A stretch of 64,000 nt of DNA. Source: Bdellovibrionales bacterium. Lineage in GTDB: Bacteria; Bdellovibrionota; Bdellovibrionia; Bdellovibrionales; UBA1609. This document shows, in pieces, positions 21,296 to 31,249 of this stretch. The number at the start of each line of letters is the position of its first letter. Positions within the stretch are counted from its first letter, which is position 1. Under the pieces are notes generated by a model that was not told where the DNA came from, ran no database searches, and worked only from the letters and a program-made list of their open reading frames with translations. The DNA lies in assembly GCA_965205945.1 (NCBI GenBank), contig CBDBIB010000001.1:224001-288000 (forward strand), written 5' to 3'. The position numbers and the translations under genes are program-made.

Positions 21296-22795
21296 GTGTT
21301 TAAAAAAATATTAGTTGCAAACAGAGGCGAGATCGCATTGCGTATTAATCGTGCTGCTCGTGAGATGGGTGTTGAAACGGTATGTATTTACAGTGCGGTA
21401 GATAGAACAAGCCTTCATGTTCTTTTAGCTGATGAGGCTTATGAAATCGGCCCTGCACCAAGCAAGGATTCATATTTAAAAATTGATAAAATTATTCAAG
21501 TCGCTAAAGCCGCTAAGGCTGAGGCTATTCATCCTGGCTATGGGTTTTTAAGTGAATCTAGTGCTTTTGCAAAAGCTGTAACAGATGCTGGTTTAATCTT
21601 TATTGGTGCTACACAAAAAAATATTGAACAAATGGGGGATAAACTTGCTGCTCGTAAGCTTATGAGAAAAGTTAATGTTCCCATTGTTCCTGGAAGTGAG
21701 GGAGAGGTCACCTCTTTTAAAGAAGCTAAAAAATGGGCCAAAGTAATCGGCTACCCATTAATGATTAAAGCTTCTGCTGGTGGCGGTGGAAAAGGAATTC
21801 GTGTTGTTACAAAAGATGAGGAGTTAGAGCGTAGCTTTAAAGCCGCACAGTCTGAAGGCAGGAACTATTTTAGCAATGACACTGTATTTATGGAAAGGTT
21901 TATTCAAAATCCAAAGCACATTGAAATTCAAATATTTGGAGACTCTCATGGTAATGTGGTTCATCTTTTTGAAAGAGAATGCTCCCTTCAAAGAAGGCAT
22001 CAAAAAATTATAGAAGAAGCTCCAAGTATTTCTATTTCTAATGATATTAGAAAAAAAATGGGTGCAGTGGCTGTAAAAGCTGCAAAATCTATTAATTATC
22101 AAGGCGCTGGCACAATAGAATTTATTTTTGACAACACTACTAAAGATTTCTTTTTTATGGAAATGAACACAAGACTCCAGGTTGAGCACCCTGTAACAGA
22201 AGCTATTACAGGAATAGATCTTGTAAAAGAACAGATTAAAGTAGCTTTCGGTAAGACTCTAAGCTTTAAACAAAAAGATATTCTTTTAAACGGTCATTCT
22301 ATAGAGCTTAGAATAAATGCTGAGGATCCAAAAACCTTCTTACCAAGTGCTGGGAAAATAATAAGTTGTAGAGTGCCCCAAGGGCCTTTTGTAAGATTTG
22401 ATGGCTATATGTATGCAGGCTATGAAGTTCCTATTTATTATGATCCAATGCTTGCAAAACTTATTGTATGGGGGGAAGACCGTAATTCTTGCATTGCAAG
22501 ACTCAAAAGAGCTCTAGTAGAATTCGCCGTAACTGGGATTAAAACCAATACTGTTTTACATAAAAATATTATTGATCATCCTAAATTTCTAAATGGATCT
22601 TATACAACACAGTTTATAGATAAAGAACTTATCACAACAGATAAGAAAACTTTTTTTAAATATGTAAATGATGAGATTTTCCTAATTAGCGCCGCCCTTA
22701 CAGCTTATCAGGAAAATAAAGAAAAAAAGGTTGAAAACACTTCATCCATGGGAAGATGGAGACAAATAATTCGTCAAGAAATTTTAAAGAGGTAA
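21296..22795 (+). CDS. accC: Biotin carboxylase subunit
   Basis: Motifs ANRGEIA, HPGYGFLSE, GGGGKG, RECSLQRRHQK and EMNTRLQVEH. Confidence 0.94.
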   Translation: MFKKILVANRGEIALRINRAAREMGVETVCIYSAVDRTSLHVLLADEAYEIGPAPSKDSYLKIDKIIQVAKAAKAEAIHPGYGFLSESSAFAKAVTDAGLIFIGATQKNIEQMGDKLAARKLMRKVNVPIVPGSEGEVTSFKEAKKWAKVIGYPLMIKASAGGGGKGIRVVTKDEELERSFKAAQSEGRNYFSNDTVFMERFIQNPKHIEIQIFGDSHGNVVHLFERECSLQRRHQKIIEEAPSISISNDIRKKMGAVAVKAAKSINYQGAGTIEFIFDNTTKDFFFMEMNTRLQVEHPVTEAITGIDLVKEQIKVAFGKTLSFKQKDILLNGHSIELRINAEDPKTFLPSAGKIISCRVPQGPFVRFDGYMYAGYEVPIYYDPMLAKLIVWGEDRNSCIARLKRALVEFAVTGIKTNTVLHKNIIDHPKFLNGSYTTQFIDKELITTDKKTFFKYVNDEIFLISAALTAYQENKEKKVENTSSMGRWRQIIRQEILKR

Positions 22796-22797
22796 CC

Positions 22798-23328
22798 ATG
22801 TTTTTTAAAGCAAAAGTAAACAAAACACCCTATGAAGTAACTGTTAAGGAAACTCGTAAAGAGTGGCATATAGCCTTAAAAAAAGACTCCTCTAATAAGT
22901 GGAAAGAGATAATTCTCTTAAAAGAAAACTATCAAATAAAAAACGACTCAGTAAGTTTAATCTATAATAACTCTTCATATATTATAGATGTCAGAGCTCA
23001 AGGAACCGACTATAATATATATGTAAGAGGATCACACAGAAATGTATCTATCCTAGATGACGAACGTATTTTAAGAGACAGTTTAGTGGGTGGGAGATCT
23101 TTAGGTGGACAGGAAAACTTAAAAGCTGGAATGCCTGGCAAGATTGTAAAAATCTTTGTTAAACCTGGAGACAAGGTTAAAGCCGGAGATCCCCTAATAA
23201 TAATGGAAGCCATGAAAATGGAAAATGAAATAAAAGCCTCTGAGGATTCTATTATTGATAGAATTCATATAGCAGAAGGAGTCAATATTGAATCCGGTTC
23301 TCTTTTAATCTCTTTTGGATCCAAGTAA
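22798..23328 (+). CDS. Biotin carboxyl carrier protein; likely start 22798
   Basis: EAMKM biotinylation motif; MPGKIV. Confidence 0.92.
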   Translation: MFFKAKVNKTPYEVTVKETRKEWHIALKKDSSNKWKEIILLKENYQIKNDSVSLIYNNSSYIIDVRAQGTDYNIYVRGSHRNVSILDDERILRDSLVGGRSLGGQENLKAGMPGKIVKIFVKPGDKVKAGDPLIIMEAMKMENEIKASEDSIIDRIHIAEGVNIESGSLLISFGSK

Positions 23329-24162
23329 AATCTCATTTAAAAATAATTTAATTTTATTTATACGCTGTTTTTGCCAAGGAGCTGCCGTTACAAGATCCCC
23401 ATGATCCGCCTTATAAAAAAACCTACAGATATTACTCTCATCTTTAACTGCAAAAGGAATCTGGTCTGATAGTAATAAAACCCCATCCCCAGGTCTACCA
23501 TAAATCTTTTTATAAAAATTTCCTAAAAACTTAAACTTAAATGAAAGATTTATACTCTCCTCCTCACTCTGAATAAACACAATCTTGTTTAAAAGATTTT
23601 TTTGTTTCACTACTCCTTTTAATTTTTCTCTTACATGATTAAAGTTAAATGATTCTAAATACATTCTTACATATGGCAAAGAACCAATCACTCTTGCTAA
23701 GCCAAATAAAAACCCTCTCCTCTCTCCTAAAATAATCGTTTTATACAAAGAGGAACCATCTAAAGCTCCTTGAATTAAAAAAGCTTTTTTAAGTTTGATA
23801 TTATTTTCTATAAGGAAATATAAAGTTTCTAAAGCCCCTTTGCTATGGGCAAAAAAAATAACTGCCTTTTTCTTATCTAAAGCTAAGATTTTATCCTTTA
23901 TTTTTAAAGCCCCTTTCTCAAAGGTTTCTCTTGTAGTACTATTAACCCTTAAAATTTGCTCCTTAGGAACACCAGAGTTTAACAAATATCTTCTATACTC
24001 TGTCATATAAAAGGGAATAATCTCATTAAATATCCCTGGAACAATTATATAATTGTAGTTTTTAAGCTCATTTTTAGATAAAAAATTACAGTCTGCTGCC
24101 CCTTGAAAAGGCCATGTTATCAATAATATGGAAAATAGCTTTTTAATCACATTAATTTGCAA
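23305..24162 (-). CDS. Secreted alpha/beta hydrolase (lipase-like)
   Basis: VPGIF, AHSKG nucleophile elbow, GDG and DH. Confidence 0.75.
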   Translation of the reverse strand: MQINVIKKLFSILLITWPFQGAADCNFLSKNELKNYNYIIVPGIFNEIIPFYMTEYRRYLLNSGVPKEQILRVNSTTRETFEKGALKIKDKILALDKKKAVIFFAHSKGALETLYFLIENNIKLKKAFLIQGALDGSSLYKTIILGERRGFLFGLARVIGSLPYVRMYLESFNFNHVREKLKGVVKQKNLLNKIVFIQSEEESINLSFKFKFLGNFYKKIYGRPGDGVLLLSDQIPFAVKDESNICRFFYKADHGDLVTAAPWQKQRINKIKLFLNEILLGSKRD

Positions 24163-25129
24163 GTGTTCTTAAAATAACTGCACTCTCATCGTTTAATACA
24201 TTTACTTTACTCAATTCAAAAAACCTTTTAAAAGTTACAACCCCTTTATCCTGTACAACAATACCTGAAGATTTACCAATTTGTATTGCCCCATAATAGC
24301 CCATTTTAGAAGCTAACGATCGATCTTGGGCCAGTGGCTTTCCCCCTCTTTGAATATGACCTAAAACAACACTCTTACAGTCTATTTTAATATCTTTAAC
24401 AATTCTATTTTTAATCGTTCTTGCCGCAAAGGATTCTTTCCCCTCTTTTTCCAACGCAATAATCAAACTTGAAAGTTTTCCTTTCTGGATACTCTCCTTA
24501 ACTTTACTTAAAGCTGTATCTAAAGAAAACCTCTTTGATAAATCCACAACACATTCTGCACCCGCAGAGATCGCAACTTCATAAGCAAGTTTAGGTGATT
24601 TTCTCCCCATAACCTCCACAACAAAAGTTCGTTGATGAGAACCTGCCGTATCTCTTATGCGGTCAATGGCCTCAACAGCTGTTTCTATAGATGTAGCGTA
24701 ACCAATTGTATTTTCTGAATACTCATAATCATTGTCTATTGTACAAGGCACACCTATTACCTGTATCTCAGGGTACTCTGCCTTAAAAGTTTTAAGCCCC
24801 ATAAAGGTCCCATCCCCCCCTAAACCAACTAAATATTTAATATTTTCTCTTTTTAAAGTATTAAATGCCTTAGCCCGTCCCTCTTCATTTTTAAACTCTT
24901 TACACCGAGAGGTTTTTAGTATTGTTCCTCCTCTATGAATAATATTTGCAACAGACCTTAAGTCTAAAAGTTTAAACTCGGATTCTATAAGCCCTTGATA
25001 ACCCTCAAAAAAACCTAAAACTTTATGTCCTTGGTCAATTGCTGTTCTAGTTACAGCTCGAATAGCTGCATTCATTCCAGGAGCATCCCCACCACTAGTA
25101 AAAATTGCTACTTTGCTCATTTCTGCCAT
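24152..25129 (-). CDS. pfkA: ATP-dependent 6-phosphofructokinase
   Basis: Motifs TSGGDAPGMNAA, GGDG, TIDND, VEVMGR and LGHIQRGG. Confidence 0.96.
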   Translation of the reverse strand: MAEMSKVAIFTSGGDAPGMNAAIRAVTRTAIDQGHKVLGFFEGYQGLIESEFKLLDLRSVANIIHRGGTILKTSRCKEFKNEEGRAKAFNTLKRENIKYLVGLGGDGTFMGLKTFKAEYPEIQVIGVPCTIDNDYEYSENTIGYATSIETAVEAIDRIRDTAGSHQRTFVVEVMGRKSPKLAYEVAISAGAECVVDLSKRFSLDTALSKVKESIQKGKLSSLIIALEKEGKESFAARTIKNRIVKDIKIDCKSVVLGHIQRGGKPLAQDRSLASKMGYYGAIQIGKSSGIVVQDKGVVTFKRFFELSKVNVLNDESAVILRTLAN

Positions 25130-25233
25130 GATATTACTTTACACCTTTTTCATAAATTAATCCATAAATTAAAAAGCACCATAGACTTCTCCAATCTAAA
25201 GTGCTTATATACCTTTAACGTAAACAAGAATAC

Positions 25234-25533
25234 TTAATTTTTTGCAGCCAATTCTCTACTAAAGAAAGTCTTTTCTTTTTCATTTAAAGTATAAAAAAGT
25301 CTCATAATTGCATTATCTATTCTTTCTTGAAGCTCTTGATTTTGAATTTTTGAATCGTAGTACGCTTTATAAATATTTGCTAAAATTAATTTTTCAACTC
25401 TTAGACTAATTTTATTATTGTTTAATTCATCTAGCATTAACTCAATTTTTTGACCTAACTCCACCTCTTTAGCAAGAACTGTCCAGCCACTTAAAAGCCC
25501 TAATATTATCATCATCACTATAATTTTTTTCAT
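25234..25533 (-). CDS. Hypothetical secreted protein; likely start 25533
   Basis: Signal peptide MKKIIVMMIILG..VLA; RBS AAGGGG. Confidence 0.65.
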   Translation of the reverse strand: MKKIIVMMIILGLLSGWTVLAKEVELGQKIELMLDELNNNKISLRVEKLILANIYKAYYDSKIQNQELQERIDNAIMRLFYTLNEKEKTFFSRELAAKN

Positions 25534-25564
25534 AAAAATCCCCTTAAACTCACATAGTATATAA

Positions 25565-25580
25565 AGCAAAATAAATGCCA
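25565..25580 (-). promoter_or_regulatory. sigma-54 (-24/-12) promoter
   Basis: TGGCATTTATTTTGCT (GG-N10-GC), about 30 nt upstream of ATG 25533. Confidence 0.65.
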
Positions 25581-25882
25581 GCCTAAAAAGCAAGAAAACA
25601 CCTCATATCGTCAGGTTTTTCAACAGTTTTTATATATTTAGACAAAGTGTTTTATACCCCTTCTTAAAGCCCTCTTTAAAAAAAATAGGGTAAATAAGAG
25701 GTCATTTTATCTAAACTAAATATTAAACTATTAAAAATAGTCCCCATTTATAAGCTAAAACCTCTTAAATTGCTCTTATATAAGCTTTTTACGCCTAAAA
25801 TCAAATAAATCTTTATTTATAAAAAAAAACTTATATATTTATAAACTTGCTAAAAAAATCGTTAGCCAATAAATAAAAAGAT

Positions 25883-26512
25883 ATGCAAAACTTAAACACT
25901 CTATGCAAAGTACCGGCTTTAAAAAGAGGTGTAAAATGGGAGGAAAGCCTTTTTAAGGCGGTTGCGGATTCTCCTATTTTTTTAGTTAAAAATCAGCCCT
26001 TTCAAGGACCTGATGGATTTTCTTATATGCATATTTCATCTAAACTAGGAATTAAAATTAATAAAAATGATTTTTTTAAATGGTGTTTTAAATTTGGTAT
26101 AGGCCTTGTACTAAACTTACAAGACAAGAAAACTCCAGATTTTGTGTTTAATTACGGCATGGTTTGGAATTTTTTATATAAAGGTACTTTTATAAATACA
26201 GTATCACCGGATTTAAAAGAGTCTAGTGACACCTATGTGCACGAAATTTCTAAAAGCTTTTTACCAAAAGAAGTGAGAAAGAATATCCGAATTTTTTTAA
26301 ATATAAATAAAATTACTAAAGCTCAACTTACTCTAGTCAGTGGAGGCGCTAAAGCCGCATATGAACTATTATGGTATTTTCCTGAGCTTAAAAAACTAGA
26401 AGAAAAAGAACAGATTGCTTTATTAAAAGCTATTTCATGGTTTTTACCTTTAGATTATAGGCTTGCATGGGCTGATGAACTAGAAGAAAAACTGTTATTT
26501 AAAGATCTTTAA
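25883..26512 (+). CDS. Hypothetical protein
   Basis: 209-aa ORF with PFQGPDGFSY and PDFVFNYGMVW; function not recognised. Confidence 0.7.
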   Translation: MQNLNTLCKVPALKRGVKWEESLFKAVADSPIFLVKNQPFQGPDGFSYMHISSKLGIKINKNDFFKWCFKFGIGLVLNLQDKKTPDFVFNYGMVWNFLYKGTFINTVSPDLKESSDTYVHEISKSFLPKEVRKNIRIFLNINKITKAQLTLVSGGAKAAYELLWYFPELKKLEEKEQIALLKAISWFLPLDYRLAWADELEEKLLFKDL

Positions 26513-26537
26513 TAATACATATTATTTGTTAATAAAA

Positions 26538-26945
26538 TTAATCTAATTCTCCGGCCTGAGGCAATAAATCAATTAAACACTCCCTCCAATATCTTGGAGT
26601 GTCTGAAGAAAAATTTACTAACACTTCAAACATACCTTTTCCTTTATGCCGTGTAAGACTAATAACTCCATCAAGTTCTAACTCCATTTGGTGCATATAA
26701 AGAGAGATAGACATTCCCTTTAAGACGTCTAGAGTAAGATTACCTTTTAAATCATTTGTTAATAAGTCTTTACGAGCTATTAGTAACAAGAAACCGTTAA
26801 TCGATGTGTCTACGATTTGAGCCTTATTGCAAATTTTTTTTAAAGTCTCATTATTAACAATTCGTTCCACATCTAAATGCTGAATATATTTTCTTTGATT
26901 AGATCTACGCTCCATTTTTTCATCCTTTTTTAAAAAATTCCCCAT
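26538..26945 (-). CDS. PilZ-like domain protein; start 26945 or 26915
   Basis: Motifs ERRSNQR (RxxxR) and DTSING (DxSxxG). The longer track ORF overlaps the divergent nucleotidase gene. Confidence 0.7.
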   Translation of the reverse strand: MGNFLKKDEKMERRSNQRKYIQHLDVERIVNNETLKKICNKAQIVDTSINGFLLLIARKDLLTNDLKGNLTLDVLKGMSISLYMHQMELELDGVISLTRHKGKGMFEVLVNFSSDTPRYWRECLIDLLPQAGELD

Positions 26946-27082
26946 ACCTAGGCTATCGGTCACATAAGGGTCAATATTTAGCTTTAATATTAACGATCTC
27001 AATTTGACACTATTGATATTTAAAAAAACTAAAAGATTGTAGTAATTTAGAGAGTTTATTATAGTAGCCTTAGAGGGTAAAA

Positions 27083-28435
27083 ATGATATTTTGTAATAAG
27101 ACACTAAATTTAAAGAAAATAAGTAATATTGGTCTAGATATGGATCATACGTTAGTTCAGTATCATAGCAAAGATTTTGAAAAACTTTCTTATAAAAGTA
27201 TGAAAACCAAGTTAATACAAAGAGGTTATTCAAAAGAGATTTCTAAGTTTAACTTTGATTATGATCGAGCAATCCGAGGTCTTGTCATTGATAAGGCTTC
27301 CGGAAATATCTTTAAAGTAAGTAGATATGGAATGGTTAAAACGGCTTATCATGGACTTTCTAAAATTGATTTTCAAGCTCAAAAAAAACAATTTGGAACA
27401 AAGTTTATAGATTTAAGTGACTCTAATTTTGATTGTGTGGACACTAATTTTTCAATTTCTCATGCCTGTTTGTTTTCACAGATTGTTGAATTAAAAGCTA
27501 AAAATCCAAGTTTAAACTTCCCAAATTTCTTAGAGCTAGCCGAGGAGCTTACTTCAGTTTTAGACGAATCACATAGAGATGGCTCTATTAAAAATGAAGT
27601 TACAAAAAATCCAGAAAAATATATTAAAAGAACAGAGGCTGTTGTTAGAGGTATTGAAAAATTTAAAAAACACGGCATAAAGTTTTTTATAGCTACAAAT
27701 TCTGATTATGCGTATACAAATAAAATTTTAAAATTTGCACTGGATCCATTTATAAAAACCGGCACATGGCGAGATCTCTTTGAGCATACGTTTACACTTT
27801 GCATGAAACCTAGATTTTTCTACACAAACTCTCCCTTATTAAAGGTTAATCCTAAAAATGGGAAAATGGAGAATTGGGATAAAACTATTGTTCCAGGTAT
27901 ATATCAAGGTGGATCAGCAAAGCTTTTATCAAAACAACTAAAGATCATGGATAATAATATTTTATACGTTGGAGATCATGTTTATGGTGATATCTTAATG
28001 TTAAAGAAAAACTGTGGTTGGAGAACCGCCCTTGTTATTGAAGAATTAGGTGAAGAAATAAAGCAAAATCAAAAAGCGCTAGCTGTTACAAATGAGATAA
28101 GAGTTTTAATGAATCAAAAATTAGAATTAGAATGCTTTTTAAATGAGCTTGTTGGTGAGCGTTTAGAAGAAGAAGTAGATAGATCTAAGGAAGAAAAAAA
28201 AATATTAGAACAAATTTTATCTCTAGATAAAAAACTTGTACCATTAATCAATGCAAGATCTCAAATCTATAATAAGCACTGGGGCCCTATTATGAGATCT
28301 GGAGTTGAAGAAAGTCAGTTTGCACATCAAGTTGAGGGGTACTCAGATATTTACATGGCAAGTATTACAGATCTGTTAGCAGAATCGCCACGAATGTATT
28401 TTAGATCTCATATTAGAAAAATGGCACATGATTAA
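27083..28435 (+). CDS. HAD-IG family 5'-nucleotidase
   Basis: Motifs GLDMDHTL, ATNS, KPRFF and YVGDHVYGDI. Confidence 0.92.
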   Translation: MIFCNKTLNLKKISNIGLDMDHTLVQYHSKDFEKLSYKSMKTKLIQRGYSKEISKFNFDYDRAIRGLVIDKASGNIFKVSRYGMVKTAYHGLSKIDFQAQKKQFGTKFIDLSDSNFDCVDTNFSISHACLFSQIVELKAKNPSLNFPNFLELAEELTSVLDESHRDGSIKNEVTKNPEKYIKRTEAVVRGIEKFKKHGIKFFIATNSDYAYTNKILKFALDPFIKTGTWRDLFEHTFTLCMKPRFFYTNSPLLKVNPKNGKMENWDKTIVPGIYQGGSAKLLSKQLKIMDNNILYVGDHVYGDILMLKKNCGWRTALVIEELGEEIKQNQKALAVTNEIRVLMNQKLELECFLNELVGERLEEEVDRSKEEKKILEQILSLDKKLVPLINARSQIYNKHWGPIMRSGVEESQFAHQVEGYSDIYMASITDLLAESPRMYFRSHIRKMAHD

Positions 28436-28442
28436 ATTTTAG

Positions 28443-28976
28443 TTACTTTGCTGTATAAAAAAGACTGAAAATCTTTTTTTCTTCTTTGCAAATCGTAAAG
28501 TATATTTTTTTTTTCCATATTCTTTCAGGCCTTCTTTTTAAATTAAATAAAGCTGTATTTCTACAATCTGTTTTTTTAATGTCATGCTTTTCTAATATAG
28601 AAACCTTATAGCTATTAAATTTAAATTCATTTTTAGAAGGTGGAAACTTTTTTATAAGAGAGTGAACTACTTTAAAAGAAATTTTATCATTGTCTATTTC
28701 TTGAATCTTAACACCAAAACTCCTTTTCTTGAGTGGGAAAAGAGCCTTATAGATCGCTTCAGTGATTTCTTCAGGGGTGTTCACTGAGCTTGGTTTAATA
28801 AGTAAGGGACGAGGCTGTTTATAACCTTTTAATGTTTTAAAAACAAAGGCCATAGAAAGCATAAATCCTAAAAAAATAATTAAGACAGGAGCCCATAGCT
28901 CTTTTAAAAAGCTTTTAAAAGGCATTTTAAACTTATTCATAATTATAAACCTTGCAATTTTTTGAAAAAGGAGCAA
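28443..28976 (-). CDS. Hypothetical membrane-anchored protein
   Basis: ORF with a single N-terminal TM helix. Confidence 0.6.
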   Translation of the reverse strand: MLLFQKIARFIIMNKFKMPFKSFLKELWAPVLIIFLGFMLSMAFVFKTLKGYKQPRPLLIKPSSVNTPEEITEAIYKALFPLKKRSFGVKIQEIDNDKISFKVVHSLIKKFPPSKNEFKFNSYKVSILEKHDIKKTDCRNTALFNLKRRPERIWKKKIYFTICKEEKKIFSLFYTAK

Positions 28977-29014
28977 GTTTTATTTAAAGACTTGATCTTA
29001 AAAGGCAGGTACTT

Positions 29015-29737
29015 ATGACTACAAACTCCTTAAAAGAGCTTAAAAGCTCATCTATCCTACAAATTGGATTTGGACGCTTAGGCGTTCATTTGTACAAACA
29101 TTTAAATAGTTTTTTTCAAAATCCTATTCATTTATGTACCCAAAAAAATCAATTTAAAAAATTAATTAAAAACCAAAAAATTAAATATGTTTTTTTAAGT
29201 GTCCCAGATTCAAAAATATCAGATTATATTAATAAAATTCCTAAAGAAATTAAAATTATCCACTTTTCAGGCTTTTATTTTCATCCTAATGCAATAGGTA
29301 TTCACCCTATTCAAAGTTTTTCTAAAAAAGGCATATATAACTTTAACAATATAGATTTTGTGACTGATAGGGGTTTAGATAAAATCTTAACAATTTTTTT
29401 TAAGAAAAACCAATTTATAAACCCGAAAAATAAGAAAAAATACCACACCTACTTATCAGTAACAGCAAATTCATTACAGCTTTTAATGAATCAATTAGGT
29501 AATTCTTTTCAAAAAGAAACTGGCATGCCAAAAGAAATATTAAAAAAAATCACTATACAGTCTCTTAATACAGAACTTCTTTATGAAGAAGACAGTTTTT
29601 CGGGCCCTTGGACCCGTGGTGAGAGAAAACAACAAGAAAAAGAAGTGACAAAATCTAGAAATAGTACTTTAAAAGAATTAAATAAAATTTTTAAAAACCT
29701 TATAACAATATACCAAGATGAACGTCCCCCAGTTTAA
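29015..29737 (+). CDS. Rossmann/DUF2520 oxidoreductase, candidate PanG-type ketopantoate reductase
   Basis: Motifs IGFGRLG, LSVPD, HFSG, HPIQSF, YH and SGPWTRG; first gene of the pan operon. Confidence 0.8.
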   Translation: MTTNSLKELKSSSILQIGFGRLGVHLYKHLNSFFQNPIHLCTQKNQFKKLIKNQKIKYVFLSVPDSKISDYINKIPKEIKIIHFSGFYFHPNAIGIHPIQSFSKKGIYNFNNIDFVTDRGLDKILTIFFKKNQFINPKNKKKYHTYLSVTANSLQLLMNQLGNSFQKETGMPKEILKKITIQSLNTELLYEEDSFSGPWTRGERKQQEKEVTKSRNSTLKELNKIFKNLITIYQDERPPV

Positions 29738-30497
29738 AAGCTCTAAAAATATAAAATTTCTTAGCATGGTAACCTGTTATGATGCTTTTTTTGCCAAAGC
29801 CTTAGAAAAAACAAACATTGACTCTATATTAGTTGGAGATTCCGTAGCCATGGTCGTATACGGTGAAAAATCTACAATAGGTGCTACAGTTGAGATGATT
29901 GCTAATCATGTAAGAGCAGTAAAATCTTCTTATAGTGGTCTAATCGTTGCTGATATTCCTTTCTTAACCGCTCAAAAGAGTCAAACCGCTTTTATCAAAG
30001 ATATTCAAAAGATCATGAGTGCCGGTGCTAACGCTGTTAAAATTGAAGGTGTTGATGGTATTGAAAATAAAATAAAATCCCTCATAAATACAGGAGTTCC
30101 TGTTATGGGACATGTAGGTTTAACTCCTCAATTTATAAATAAATTTGGAGGGTTTAAGGTTCAAGGAAGAAATCCTGAGGGTGAAAAGAAAATAATTTTT
30201 GATGCAAAAAAGCTAGAAGAATTAGGTTGTTATTCAATAGTTTTAGAATGTGTCCCTTCTAAAATTGCAAGCACTTTAACCAAAAAGCTTAAAATTCCAA
30301 CAATTGGGATTGGAGCAGGTTTAAATACTAATGGTCAAATCCTAGTATTGCAGGATTTGTTAGGGTTAAGTGATATGAATCTAAAATTTGTAAAACAATT
30401 TGAAAATTTTATGGAAAAAACAATATCTGCTGTAAATCAATACTGTCTTGAAGTGAGTGAGGCAAAATTTCCAAAAGAAGAGAATACATTTTTATGA
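29718..30497 (+). CDS. panB: 3-methyl-2-oxobutanoate hydroxymethyltransferase
   Basis: Motifs ILVGDS, AVKIEG, GHVGLTPQ and IGIGAG. Confidence 0.96.
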   Translation: MNVPQFKSSKNIKFLSMVTCYDAFFAKALEKTNIDSILVGDSVAMVVYGEKSTIGATVEMIANHVRAVKSSYSGLIVADIPFLTAQKSQTAFIKDIQKIMSAGANAVKIEGVDGIENKIKSLINTGVPVMGHVGLTPQFINKFGGFKVQGRNPEGEKKIIFDAKKLEELGCYSIVLECVPSKIASTLTKKLKIPTIGIGAGLNTNGQILVLQDLLGLSDMNLKFVKQFENFMEKTISAVNQYCLEVSEAKFPKEENTFL

Positions 30498-31249
30498 AAA
30501 TTATAAAATCTGTTTTTGATGCACAAAATAAAATTCCTAAAAAATATTTAGGCTTTGTTGCTACAATGGGTGCCCTACATGAGGGTCATAGAGCATTAAT
30601 AAATAAATCTAAACAAGAAAATGATAAAACTTGTGTAAGTATATTTGTAAACCCAACACAATTTAACAATACTAAGGATTTTAAAACTTATCCTAGGAGA
30701 ACAGATGAGGATTTATCCTATTGTGAAAACCTAGGGGTTGATTATGTTTTTATTCCTAAATTATCTCAAATATATTATAACAAAGAAACTGTAAAAATAT
30801 CAGAGAAATTTTTGACAAAAAATTTTGAAGGCCTTCATAGGCCTAATCACTTTGATGGTGTTTTACAGATAATAATGAAACTTTTAAATATAATCTCCCC
30901 AAGCAAAGCTTATTTTGGAGAGAAAGATTATCAACAACTTAAGATTATTAAAAAAATGGTACAAGAATACTTTATAAATGTTAATATCATTAGTGTTCCT
31001 ATTTTAAGAGACTCCTCAGGATTAGCATTGTCGTCAAGAAACTATAAGTTATCAGAAAATGGCCTTCTTCAAGCTAGACAAATAGCTACAGCTTTTTTAA
31101 AAACAAACTCTAAGAAAGATTTTTTAAAAGAAACTGGATCAAAACTTAAGCTTGAATACTATGGATCTGAATGGGGAAGAACCCTAATAGCCCACTATGT
31201 AGAGGGCGTCCGGCTTATAGATAATAAGCCAGTAAAGGTTAACACATGA
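30494..31249 (+). CDS. panC: Pantoate--beta-alanine ligase
   Basis: Motifs TMGALHEGH, SIFVNPTQF, FGEKDYQQ and GLALSSRN. Confidence 0.96.
   Translation: MKIIKSVFDAQNKIPKKYLGFVATMGALHEGHRALINKSKQENDKTCVSIFVNPTQFNNTKDFKTYPRRTDEDLSYCENLGVDYVFIPKLSQIYYNKETVKISEKFLTKNFEGLHRPNHFDGVLQIIMKLLNIISPSKAYFGEKDYQQLKIIKKMVQEYFINVNIISVPILRDSSGLALSSRNYKLSENGLLQARQIATAFLKTNSKKDFLKETGSKLKLEYYGSEWGRTLIAHYVEGVRLIDNKPVKVNT

Noticed and set aside
26946..27233. N-terminal 96 aa of track ORF 26538..27233
   Set aside because: Overlaps the divergent nucleotidase gene and its promoter region; PilZ-like motifs start only after Met97.
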